From a virus, in IMG/VR virus record IMGVR_UViG_3300017971_004694: DNA of 64,000 nt; one strand, given 5' to 3'. The notes under the pieces were generated by a model. The model saw nothing but the letters and a program-made list of their open reading frames with translations, made no database searches and had not been told where the DNA came from. Position 1 is the stretch's first letter; every line of letters starts with the position of its first letter. The position numbers and the translations under genes are program-made. Below are positions 29,701 to 36,401 of this stretch, piece by piece.

Positions 29701-30190
29701 TAATAGTATCTACATAAGAGGCAGTCTTAACAAGCATAGCTCTTTTGGATAGATGCTCTTTAAGCAATTCAATATCTCCCTGATCCTTTGGCCTGTTCAT
29801 TTTCTCCTTCCACTCTAATACATGTTCGGGCGCCCAATGTTTGAATCCAAGATGTTCTCTGGTAGTGACACCCTCGCTCATAAAATCTTTGTCTCCCACC
29901 ATCCAAGGCCCAGTAAATATTTCTATTTCTCCCACATCAGTTTGGAAAGACGCCCTGGGATTTCCTGGTCTTATTTCATCAACGACCGCATCGGGATGCT
30001 GCTCAATTTTCTTAAACTCATCTGGGTCCGCATGGACATCTAAATCATTAATGCTTTTTACACCCAAGGCCCCAAGAACGCCGCTTCCACCAATAGTGAT
30101 TTTGTTGATGTCTACTCCAACCTCATCGAGTATTTCCTTGAGGTTTCTAATGAACGCCTCGTGCTTTTCTTTTTCTGGATCTCTGGGCAA
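20783..30190 (-). CDS. 3135-aa polyvalent/polyprotein: NTase, lysozyme-like, ASCH, LigD primase-polymerase, DJ-1/PfpI, acidic plus Zn-finger region, LigD 3'-phosphoesterase, ParB-like, second NTase, ART-like
   Basis: GGSGVLG...NDLDV; QLESGG...SFGPTQ; LYFPSQYVDAIKNGKRRMTIR; FVDLDI...QSGGTGLHV...IRVPGS; YDALFVVGG...AMICHAP; TYKKKREFEETPEP...FVIQRH...HFDLRLE...SWAIPK...TEDHP; ADLKYPILV...IDGYHRL; SSTAAGINIPGVSDIDF; LYHVG...LFMTSN...VYTYKV...EIL. Confidence 0.85.
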   Translation of the reverse strand: MPRDPEKEKHEAFIRNLKEILDEVGVDINKITIGGSGVLGALGVKSINDLDVHADPDEFKKIEQHPDAVVDEIRPGNPRASFQTDVGEIEIFTGPWMVGDKDFMSEGVTTREHLGFKHWAPEHVLEWKEKMNRPKDQGDIELLKEHLSKRAMLVKTASYVDTIIRRLEKMLGITHAPGRLGTIGGVDGEKMFRIMAQLESGGRTHVIGDSGTSFGPTQVHGPYFMGMLSRMPNAQSATGISPSEFKKMSSDWKRALKAVRKQNIWDYQDINPRIIKAFLEKNPRSRVRRREGTFIRYSPNMVVLEKDGRYVGKTLKPEILRQLGADSPAVRREVQKIFTTYITGNVARSKLAGLIVMKNNPSSFAKFKRKFNSKNIRKDKAVGNLIENTSRQDFMNKIRATTRYVQKSGYDTTAPNAYNIYQLIIISNGSGPGRVQRFLYGRKPFGPGHLHYLYSSRFKKVLTKLMQTQPDLAPIASELLRGVPGGRGMGGFPSRRLVGELSILSKRAQDEDEFVEEDTMEIVINPIQREVIGELYHKTEKEFEMNPALKEQARKEYSQIYGKEITDEEFGYYLSREIANFVLENWETLKDKFAPGKWSGEERREASLTLSKHAAIYAEPGALYFPSQYVDAIKNGKRRMTIRTSDVPVSVEEVVKCRTYGGAHVCDLLITAKERMSSKRIEKAFGKRIAKALERRFGTNKRYMVIRFDVYEGVQMADDDGDEDQEKMSEVLIDKEGTKLTRGQIKSHYEKPEIRKKIMSRIKDKPVLVYIGIGKNQKILKRNHDGKEIKITNDDPGNSENPNNYFYWVKRRILSFHQVFGTKTNLGFVDLDIHGKYSLDQAKKYARALAKKLKAKYGSTPTIFQSGGTGLHVEFKLDKEVGIDKLRAELKTLLNELNEDWPDVKTGVVKGDGMRSDISTLHNKGSIRVPGSIGETQGKVKGPMGGKQDDSDQFPQSYGKKYTMLPENLDKEPGGLDTGAIPFFPTKGVDFGEIGTYFDADDKMALSRREIIKEAKAKKILMILSPEDFCEIEYTTPLNLFVEKFKFDVDTASSGLKATGDRGTAVDISKKVASVDVGDYDALFVVGGMGMVKYSKDKKAQKLLRKFVRQKKPVAMICHAPLLAAEAGVMKGREVTGWPEIMGSVRRSKGIWTGLPIEKDGLLFTAIGPDDSENFAWVFANFLNGAETLGPAKQKYEAWLKASEVLDRIEKFAAGLDEAEIERLKGEQRREREEEGFVEPTEPRPLPSEKAVEMFGEKMKPYGGTYEELEEEGVEPKPKREAPGKEELDEFLKWRKEKEEQGLLEGMKQPYQEFLKEKEEELAKLEEEEALPEELPKEEEEFLEEISEEEEDDEWEDVSEEPIPAPVPEEIKEKPPVVEEAPKPEPEPEPEPEPEPEEVAFEEEELEEVAIPEEEEEELEEEEEFTELEDLTPEEVAYLLGRERKAEREKEVVPPAVREITEKQKHTIKKLIDEYLARKANEEVKRIMTLDPEALTEYLNKSFIDMDDIEAADIEAEKGYNRMMNGFELYAAVPGKMAGELVELANPEKFEERWEEISKLMSEEEKEAKKEEEEDVVEEYSMEALEEEARHLAEAKPYFAPKLEVPVDEKGTATWKEPDPPPMSSEALDFFTPDKMEEGPKFRKLLNDPKAWEILKKEPHLLQSWILPYIVRSIGRMWFIRNSGRLNKQFGTFPDAPFGMFDDIDTKRARKLRNQELDFEEQPEAKPYIQKIIEKTTDLANEYFSEDRANVEPINMDKWIYKILDRQMVKEVAKDKGYTVSKNPVCSICKTLEKNSLPPKMQKTKKRTWACPDCAGRVEGLRNVELPRLDSKLTTMQREQEKANKLLRFFSKAKDTYTDPKDKESGERKIRDLNRLLTNLNEKISGLAQEKKDIERKMGIYSAQAAVPWSHTWCPNPTCPGGRVPLNSIDWNHHIWKTGRGQEIKAKLKRYYGLVPPMEEEITEQEAREEEAVPSPEGEGRTPPAWLDEVPFICPHDGVRFTIGRARKEQKVPAAGFLWGPHTRDMWGTVEKELRREEIPQEHREQNPHADLMVAFNEVAPIGQSCAVRQYYDYYDELSFLQEKIEEGEVKAPSAKRRAALLRKLFLLSATKDYAFDDPLHYVGWMARAMLEAEVKKNKGTGSSEMQNKLEERKKKINEKFKKQEVSIPLLQRWVDKMLSVENPYERFGLDEWLVSMKRDGISSDGPGTYFITKVEDGLKLPRKDAIPLGARFNLQGKEIRQRRKGTTPRLLRVLDIWNLDETDLEGLEPRQIGGLEAVPKWQAEKMVAGKEDDISGMKEHDYNGISLTTKTNQFTPGKYMLVRALVMPGKYDWMPIKAINELENNKIGADFWDKFHELVVLQKDNPEFWARFSKQIERTMKEYPYNIEDILDMELFKMKGRKKAQLRLAAKDPLSTYKKKREFEETPEPEGKEEGKNKHRFVIQRHKAERAGEHFDLRLENDQGAMSSWAIPKHKLPKGKEKLLAMKTEDHPISYMKFKGEIPKGEYGAGKVEVYDSGTYNEISWSGSKIVFKLKGKKEKGAYKVFKTDGNKWMIMEAKEDDLEKKAGQTYTDSDRAYSVDMLIEITADNKAENVPISTLEWNMKEKVWGDEVGPGKGAHSPEEVLENPKKYKDDTKRIKDADLKYPILVYKGEVIDGYHRLAKAVMQKKKTIKAVVATDKQMDAARIDEDRKKELFKKAAKYTKEEYEVLLKSARERRKMFRIMKREQERLKELGIDPVCVSSTAAGINIPGVSDIDFQVGTDDVERTSKMLTEAGIPFSNVKEGAYVEHTYETSEGISIDLKVRPKEHVEYQLKGLKRILDAPVEERHRQILEKHRALQEGDMERYKEVKLDLYKKHRLMPPDADWSKIGESEDMADDFLFAKGEFVKEAVRREGEYKILYHVGPRPPIPRPKTRWLPDPELWEKIDPEYAELGQHSWVRSRQTEEPISVGLFMTSNWRTVGPRHGIFGNVYTYKVPMKMIKEAGGLHKLEGVHEILFSEEIWNKYKKDIKFLGKIDQKTAGKILDRERPLRWDPLYIRPEQREPNVVKRWKNLLNVPDPDERIRFLKKEEISGMIESIEEEIERLKSRYEEAKKDKHPSAAGRRWALVYEFRENVPRYLNLKGKLQRLLAA

Positions 30191-30228
30191 ATCATCGGCG
30201 TCACTCTTTTTAGCTTCCTTGAACTTAT

Positions 30229-31206
30229 CTATGTTTTAGAATGAAACTCATGCATGGTTGCGTCCTTAGGGCTTTTGTCTTCCCTGAATCTCACAAACTT
30301 TTGGTGCCTAAGACCGCCAGGCTGTCGCTCTTGGAAACCTATCTCAATTACAAAAGGCCCTTTCTTGAGCTTACTTTTAATCTTCCCCTCGTCTTCTTTG
30401 GAGAAGTTGCTAATCTCGCTCATATGATAGAGCTTCCCTTTATAATATTGCCCATAGAGAGCCTTTAGCTTATCTTTTTCGCTCATCTCGTAATCAAATA
30501 CGACATAATCATCACTTTCGCTTTTACCAGCACCACCTTTATATTTATACATAATCTTAGGTGGCTTGGGCTCAGTTTCACCCTTGCTCTTATATTCATA
30601 TGGTTTATCTTTCAGCTTTAGCACAATACCTTCTCCGCCAGTGTTGACGGCTGTGTTCATGGCTTTCTGCCAATCTCCAAAGCTATAATTCTTAGTAAGT
30701 TTTACCTTATCACTCTCTTTCACAAGACTTTGTAGTGCCTTGCGGCGCTCTCCAAAGCCCTTGTCTGCTACTTTGTTGCCCTTGCTCCAAAGCACATCGT
30801 AGAGATGTATCTTCACGGAACCCGGAAGTTCCTTGGCCTTTTCAGCAGATTTTTCTGGCGAACTACCAGCTAAAGAAGTGACCTTGCCTACGTCTTGTTT
30901 ATTTTTATCCCAATATACCAACTCACCTTCAACGTGCGTTCCTTCAGGAAGAAAGCTAAGCGCCTCAACAAGCTCGGGGAAGTTTTCGGTTTTCTCATCA
31001 CCTCTGCGGCTATAAAGACGAACCTTTCCACCAGTTCTGATGATCTGAACTTTCCAGCCATCCAACTTCTCTTCTACCACAATATTTTCACGATTGAAAT
31101 CCTTTAGGAGTTCATCCACATCTTTAATCTCAGTGAGACGCATTAAGGACACTGGCCCAAGGCCATCTGGAGACGCTCGTAGAGATAAGGCAAGCTTGGT
31201 AGTCAT
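30229..31206 (-). CDS. ATP-dependent DNA ligase (LigD/LigC-type ligase domain, standalone)
   Basis: Motif I EEKLDG, III VEGELV, IIIa LYDVL, IV EGIVLK, V YKYK; OB domain ending LRHQKFVRFREDKSP. Confidence 0.92.
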   Translation of the reverse strand: MTTKLALSLRASPDGLGPVSLMRLTEIKDVDELLKDFNRENIVVEEKLDGWKVQIIRTGGKVRLYSRRGDEKTENFPELVEALSFLPEGTHVEGELVYWDKNKQDVGKVTSLAGSSPEKSAEKAKELPGSVKIHLYDVLWSKGNKVADKGFGERRKALQSLVKESDKVKLTKNYSFGDWQKAMNTAVNTGGEGIVLKLKDKPYEYKSKGETEPKPPKIMYKYKGGAGKSESDDYVVFDYEMSEKDKLKALYGQYYKGKLYHMSEISNFSKEDEGKIKSKLKKGPFVIEIGFQERQPGGLRHQKFVRFREDKSPKDATMHEFHSKT

Positions 31207-31212
31207 GTTTAT

Positions 31213-32553
31213 TTACTCCTTAGCTTGTTTCATTATAGATATTAGCCTCAACATACGGGCCGTTCTTTCTGGGGCTTCAGGTGCTTCAGGCTTAACTTCA
31301 ACCTCTTCTCTAATATCTTCAGGCTTAACTGGCCTTAATCTTCTACCCTCGTAAGTTCTAATAAACCATTCGTTAAGCTTTTTGATAAAATCTTCATCTG
31401 TGATCAACTCGTGGTAAATGCCCTTGGGCTGTTTGACCAGAGCTATTCTACCAGCATATTGGCTTCCAGGCTTATATACAACCCATCTCCTACTCTTGAG
31501 TATGTCTTCCGCTGTGACTTCCTCTTTTGGTGCTTCTTCAGGCTTCGCTGCCTCTTCAGGCGGAGGCGGAGCCAGGCTTGGTTCTGGAATCTCTGATGGC
31601 GGCGGAACTTCAGGCTTGGCTTCTTCGGGTTTAGCCTCTTCCGGTTCTTTACCTTTAATCTTGGTAAGCTCGTCCACTTTCATCAAATATACCCATTTTG
31701 AATCTTGCAGGACAACCTGCCAGAGTGTTCCCTTACCAAATATTTTTGCAAACCCAACTGGGTATTTTCCTTCGTGTGGAATTACCTTAACCACATCATT
31801 TTCTGGGTCATCTTCTACAATGTGTCTGCCCAAGTATTTGTTAAACCTTTCCTTACTCACTCTTACTTGTCCAAGAGCGTCATTTTTCTCTACAGAGCTG
31901 ACTCGTGGATCTGGAGTATACCAACCCTTTTCTCTTTTCAGCCCTTCCTCTGGAGCAGAAACTTCTGGTTTGCCAGGCTCACTGACCTTTTCCTCTTCTA
32001 TGTCTTTGGGATCTTCGCCGCTTTCAGTCACCCAAGAAGGCTGCGGAACTTTTTCAAGCTCGCTTTTTGGAACAAGCCCCTTCTTTTCCGCTTGCTCTTT
32101 TACGCCAAGCAGATAAGCAGCAATCTTGCTATAGCCTTCGTCAAAATCTCTCATGATTTTGGGCACATCTTTCGTGTAGAAGTTTTGAAGTTCGGCAACC
32201 TTATTTCTCCAATCAAAAAGCTCATGGTTTTTAAGGTGCTTCTTAATCTCCTTGTTTATATTTTGCATATCATCAAGGCGCTCTTCTAATTCTTCTTGTG
32301 CCTCCTTGGCTCTTCTAAACAACTCTTTATATTCGCCATAGAAGAACATTTTGATTTTGCCTTTAAGGCGTTTCCAAATGGTTGAAAAAATACCTGCCTG
32401 CTTTTTGAGATCGCCATCAAACGCGGCGCACTTAACAACATACTCATCTAGTAGGCTGGCTGCCTCAACCTCACCAATTTCATCGAAGAAGTTGGCCATG
32501 GCCACTGCCTCTTCAGGTGTAGGTGGTTCAGGAACTCCTCTTTTATAAGCCAT
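31213..32553 (-). CDS. Head-module protein (446 aa)
   Basis: N-terminal hairpin ANFFDEIGEVEAASLLDEY then LKKQA; coiled coil; P/E-rich linkers. Confidence 0.7.
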   Translation of the reverse strand: MAYKRGVPEPPTPEEAVAMANFFDEIGEVEAASLLDEYVVKCAAFDGDLKKQAGIFSTIWKRLKGKIKMFFYGEYKELFRRAKEAQEELEERLDDMQNINKEIKKHLKNHELFDWRNKVAELQNFYTKDVPKIMRDFDEGYSKIAAYLLGVKEQAEKKGLVPKSELEKVPQPSWVTESGEDPKDIEEEKVSEPGKPEVSAPEEGLKREKGWYTPDPRVSSVEKNDALGQVRVSKERFNKYLGRHIVEDDPENDVVKVIPHEGKYPVGFAKIFGKGTLWQVVLQDSKWVYLMKVDELTKIKGKEPEEAKPEEAKPEVPPPSEIPEPSLAPPPPEEAAKPEEAPKEEVTAEDILKSRRWVVYKPGSQYAGRIALVKQPKGIYHELITDEDFIKKLNEWFIRTYEGRRLRPVKPEDIREEVEVKPEAPEAPERTARMLRLISIMKQAKE

Positions 32554-32565
32554 AAGTTTCCTCCA

Positions 32566-34536
32566 TTATATTCCTCCGAGGCCACCGCCTCCACCGCCGC
32601 CTGGGCCACCAGGACCAAGTGGCGGGGCTCCGCCTGGAACTTCTGGTGCGCCACCGCCAGGAGGCCCACCACCCATCTCTCCACCAGGAGGCGGCGCAAG
32701 TTCGCCAAGACCACCAGGCATTGCCATCTCTCCGCCAGGAGGCGGCATGCCAGGCATTCCAGCTGCCTCTGGCGGAGCACCAGCTGCTGCGCGTTCCTTA
32801 TCATCGATGGGTTCCATAACTTCCTTCTCTGGATCTAGAGTTCTAAGCTCAGCAATTGTCATCTTCCTGAGACTTTCATTTTCTCTGTTTCTAATTTCAT
32901 CATTGATCATCTCTTGCCTGATACTGACTCTTTCATCCTCATAGCTAAGACCAAGGCTCTTGTATAGAGTCTGTAGCGACACCTGCTTGTTGGCCACAAG
33001 ACCAGAGATGTTGGCAATGTAATCCTGAAGGTCATATAGATTCATTTGGTTCCACTCAACCTCGGGAACAATAAGTCTCTTTGTGCCACCCTCGTAGTCA
33101 TAGAAGTCATTAATCTCGCTAATAGGCGCGAAGATTTTACTCTGTAGCCACTGAGCCATCATATGCCTGCAGTTAAAGTAGCGCTGTCTCAATACTTCCA
33201 AACCAATGGAAGCAGAGGCATACACTGCACTCTCAGTATCTACGACCGCTGGGGGCACCATCAAACCTGTGTAGATGTTTTTGATGATTAGCTCCATGTC
33301 GGGGCCAATATCTAATACCTGACCAGAAGCGCCGACTCTTTCCACGGTGACACCGGCATGTGTGATCAACTTGAAATCTTTATCATATTGGGCTTCCTCA
33401 AACATTTGGCGGAAAAATTCCAAGTCTTCCTGAGTTGCTCTGTATTCACCATCAGTGTTTCCGCCAACCTTAACGATGGTTATTGGATTAACAAGGCCGT
33501 CTGCCTGGGCAAACTTGGCCTCTCTTAGTTTATCATAAAGCATTAGGTCTTTGAAGGTGCTTACAATAACACTCGTCCCTCTAACATCATACGGGCTCGA
33601 AAGCATCTTCAAATGCGAAACATTAAAGTTGTCCAAAGGAATATCTTCACCCTTTCTTACGTGATAGATAATCTTCTCTGGTATTTGCTTTCTAAGCTGA
33701 ACATCCGCAGGGTTGCTACTCATCACAAGCCTTTGGAGAACAGCGTCAGGCTTTAGTGAAACAATTGGCTCGCCTGATAGAACCGTCTTCTTGACGTGTA
33801 TATAGTCTGGGTTCTGGATTACAATATTGCTCCACTTACCCGTTTCCTCGTTAAGTTCTGCATATGGGAACACTTCTCCCATCTTCCAGTATTCCAACGA
33901 CAAATCTCCAAGCGCCTGCATAAGTGACATCTCTTCAGCCATATCTTCAAAGAATTGAAGAACCTTTTTGTTGTGGCACTTGAAGTTAATCTTGCTTATT
34001 GGATATGTCGCGTGCAACGTAATTGCGTTTCTAACTATTGGGTGCAACTGGAAAAAGTTTCTAATCCAGGCATTTACCGTAATCCTGTCTCGCGGCAGGT
34101 TAAGGTTGGCCATTATAAACAATGGCGAATAAACTTCTGGAGCAAGTCGCTCAACAGAAGAGCCCGCTGTAGTTCCAGCGCCAGTACTTGAAGAGCTAAA
34201 GGCTGCCCCTTGTGCTTGTTTAACAAAAGCTTCGCTGTGGGCAATAGCACCTACAGCAGTGGCGGTGTTGCTAAACGATTTCTTATCTTCGCTCCTTCCT
34301 GGAAGCCAAGCCCCACGTTGTAGATTTTCTGGGTCGGTGGTTCGTGGTGCATCACCACTTTTGTAAAGATTGCTTGCACCATAATTTCTTCCCTCTTGCA
34401 TATCTCCACCTTCAATTTCTCTTTCAATTGCCTCCTTTCTAAATTGAGACAGACCATCAGCAGACTTTGGGGAGATCCTCAAAGTTTGCTTTTGGTCGGT
34501 GGGTCCTCTGGACCCTCTTCTCTTACCATCGATCAT
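32566..34536 (-). CDS. Portal protein
   Basis: Directly downstream of terminase; conserved-looking core (FFQLHPIVRNAI...LEYWKMGEVFPY...FNVSHLK...YDVRGTS...KLREA...LITH); N-terminal extension and Pro/Gly-rich tail. Confidence 0.85.
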   Translation of the reverse strand: MIDGKRRGSRGPTDQKQTLRISPKSADGLSQFRKEAIEREIEGGDMQEGRNYGASNLYKSGDAPRTTDPENLQRGAWLPGRSEDKKSFSNTATAVGAIAHSEAFVKQAQGAAFSSSSTGAGTTAGSSVERLAPEVYSPLFIMANLNLPRDRITVNAWIRNFFQLHPIVRNAITLHATYPISKINFKCHNKKVLQFFEDMAEEMSLMQALGDLSLEYWKMGEVFPYAELNEETGKWSNIVIQNPDYIHVKKTVLSGEPIVSLKPDAVLQRLVMSSNPADVQLRKQIPEKIIYHVRKGEDIPLDNFNVSHLKMLSSPYDVRGTSVIVSTFKDLMLYDKLREAKFAQADGLVNPITIVKVGGNTDGEYRATQEDLEFFRQMFEEAQYDKDFKLITHAGVTVERVGASGQVLDIGPDMELIIKNIYTGLMVPPAVVDTESAVYASASIGLEVLRQRYFNCRHMMAQWLQSKIFAPISEINDFYDYEGGTKRLIVPEVEWNQMNLYDLQDYIANISGLVANKQVSLQTLYKSLGLSYEDERVSIRQEMINDEIRNRENESLRKMTIAELRTLDPEKEVMEPIDDKERAAAGAPPEAAGMPGMPPPGGEMAMPGGLGELAPPPGGEMGGGPPGGGAPEVPGGAPPLGPGGPGGGGGGGLGGI

Positions 34537-34549
34537 TAGTATTCACCTC

Positions 34550-36400
34550 TTACAGTCTTTTTGGAAAATAAGCCAAAATTGGCTTGGGAAGCATAGAGCG
34601 CTCGGCTGCGTGGGCAGTTAGTTTAAAACCTTTGGTCTTATCATACTTATACGCCAGATAGGCATATATGAGCGCCATGAGCCCGTCGTTCTGGCTCTTT
34701 CCCTTTACATATGTTTTATGCGGCTCACCCCTACGGGTGACCCATTTGCTCTCCATGGAAGTGCAGTGCTTCACGAGCCAAGCAATTCTTTCATAACTGG
34801 CCCAAGGAAATCTAAACCTGCCCTTTCTGAGGAGAGCGAAAATCTCTTCAATAATCTTGTCTTTATCTACCACTACTTCCATCTCATCTTTGTTATACTT
34901 AACGCCGCCAGCAACCATGCTTGAACTCCTAACGGTCTTATATTTTTCTCCATAAGTAACTTTCAATTCTCCCGAGAGATCCTCGGCAAAGCCGATGTCG
35001 CCCATGGCTGAGCGAGCACCATAAAGTCTAAACATATTGTCCACAAACTCTTTCTTGGATTCAAAATTAGATTGCTTGAGCTTGGCTGCATACTCAATTA
35101 CGAATCTTTCGTCGTGATCGACAGACAGGACCAAGCCACAAGAGAAAGAGTGGCCTCGCTTAACACCATCAATATCAGGCTTACCACCCCAGTCAAACCC
35201 CAAATATACGTGCTTGTCGCCGTGTGGGATGGACTTAGCCATGTGTCTGTCGGGATCCCTGCACATAGTATAAATCTCTTCGAAGGTAATGGGCATCCCT
35301 TCACCAGAGTGAAACTCTCCTAAAACCTCATTATTCCAAGCGATCTCAGAGTTAATTGGGTTATTTTCTGGCTTCTCCTTAACGATTACTTCTTTCGTGA
35401 ATTCTGGAATAAATAGCTGATTGAAATGAAAACCAATTACATCAGCGTTTTCTCTGCCCGGTGTTGCAATCCACTTGCCTCTTTCTACTGCATCAATTTT
35501 ACTCTGCTCTTCTCCACAAGAGGGACACTTAACCATATTCTCATACAACCATATTTCAGTTTCCCACTTGTCGGATCCTGGTGTGTAAAGAAGGAAGTAG
35601 GCATTGCAGTTTCCACACTTAAGATAGTATCTGCGCTGATCCGAGTTCTCCCACATACGCCAGAAGAAAGTTCCTTTTTGTCGCGGAGTTCCAAAAAATA
35701 CTTGAACGCCGCCAGGTTGCGGGCCAAACTGGGCACGAGTGAGACACTTAATAGTCTTACCAATCGCCACCTCGGTCATATCCTGAACCTCGTCAAAGAA
35801 TATAACGTCAAGGGTTCTACCAAGAACTCTGGTTCCCTCATTACCAATGGAATCACACCAGAGCGTATTGGCGTGCTTGAATTGCTTATAAAGCAACGTG
35901 TCGGTTGAATCTTTTGTGCCCGCTTTTTGAGCCTCTACGAAAGGTCTCAGTTTTCCAGGTTGTCTCTTGAAATCAAAATCAGGAGTGGCCACAGAGTTAT
36001 TAATCATCTTTTCAAGTTTGTCTTTTGAGAAAGAGTGCATGATTTCCAACTGTGGAAAAGCGTGTAACACTCTCACCGGAGGAATATTATTCACTCCAAA
36101 CATCCCACTGGAAACTAAGTAAAGTTCCACTGCTGAAGCCATGGTTGTAGCGCCCACCTGACGGCCCTTAACTATTACGATGGGTTTTCCGCTGTTTGAC
36201 ATCGCCACGGTCACAATGTGGCGATAAATATCGGCAATGAATTTCCATCCATTGTTCGTAATTCGCATAGGAGCGCCGTCCAATGTAAGATAGGTCTCCG
36301 CAAAGGAGACCGGATCCAACTTCATTAGCTCTCTTTTTAATGAATCAAAACTGTTTTCTGGGCGCCAAATATCATTGGCGTTCAACATCTTGGTAACCAT
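34550..36400 (-). CDS. terL: Terminase large subunit (GpA-like with Zn finger)
   Basis: Walker A VKGRQVGATT, Walker B IFFDEVQ, coupling motif FGTP, CGNC...CPSC and nuclease LGFDWG; likely start MVTKM at 36400. Confidence 0.9.
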   Translation of the reverse strand: MVTKMLNANDIWRPENSFDSLKRELMKLDPVSFAETYLTLDGAPMRITNNGWKFIADIYRHIVTVAMSNSGKPIVIVKGRQVGATTMASAVELYLVSSGMFGVNNIPPVRVLHAFPQLEIMHSFSKDKLEKMINNSVATPDFDFKRQPGKLRPFVEAQKAGTKDSTDTLLYKQFKHANTLWCDSIGNEGTRVLGRTLDVIFFDEVQDMTEVAIGKTIKCLTRAQFGPQPGGVQVFFGTPRQKGTFFWRMWENSDQRRYYLKCGNCNAYFLLYTPGSDKWETEIWLYENMVKCPSCGEEQSKIDAVERGKWIATPGRENADVIGFHFNQLFIPEFTKEVIVKEKPENNPINSEIAWNNEVLGEFHSGEGMPITFEEIYTMCRDPDRHMAKSIPHGDKHVYLGFDWGGKPDIDGVKRGHSFSCGLVLSVDHDERFVIEYAAKLKQSNFESKKEFVDNMFRLYGARSAMGDIGFAEDLSGELKVTYGEKYKTVRSSSMVAGGVKYNKDEMEVVVDKDKIIEEIFALLRKGRFRFPWASYERIAWLVKHCTSMESKWVTRRGEPHKTYVKGKSQNDGLMALIYAYLAYKYDKTKGFKLTAHAAERSMLPKPILAYFPKRL

Positions 36401-36401
36401 T

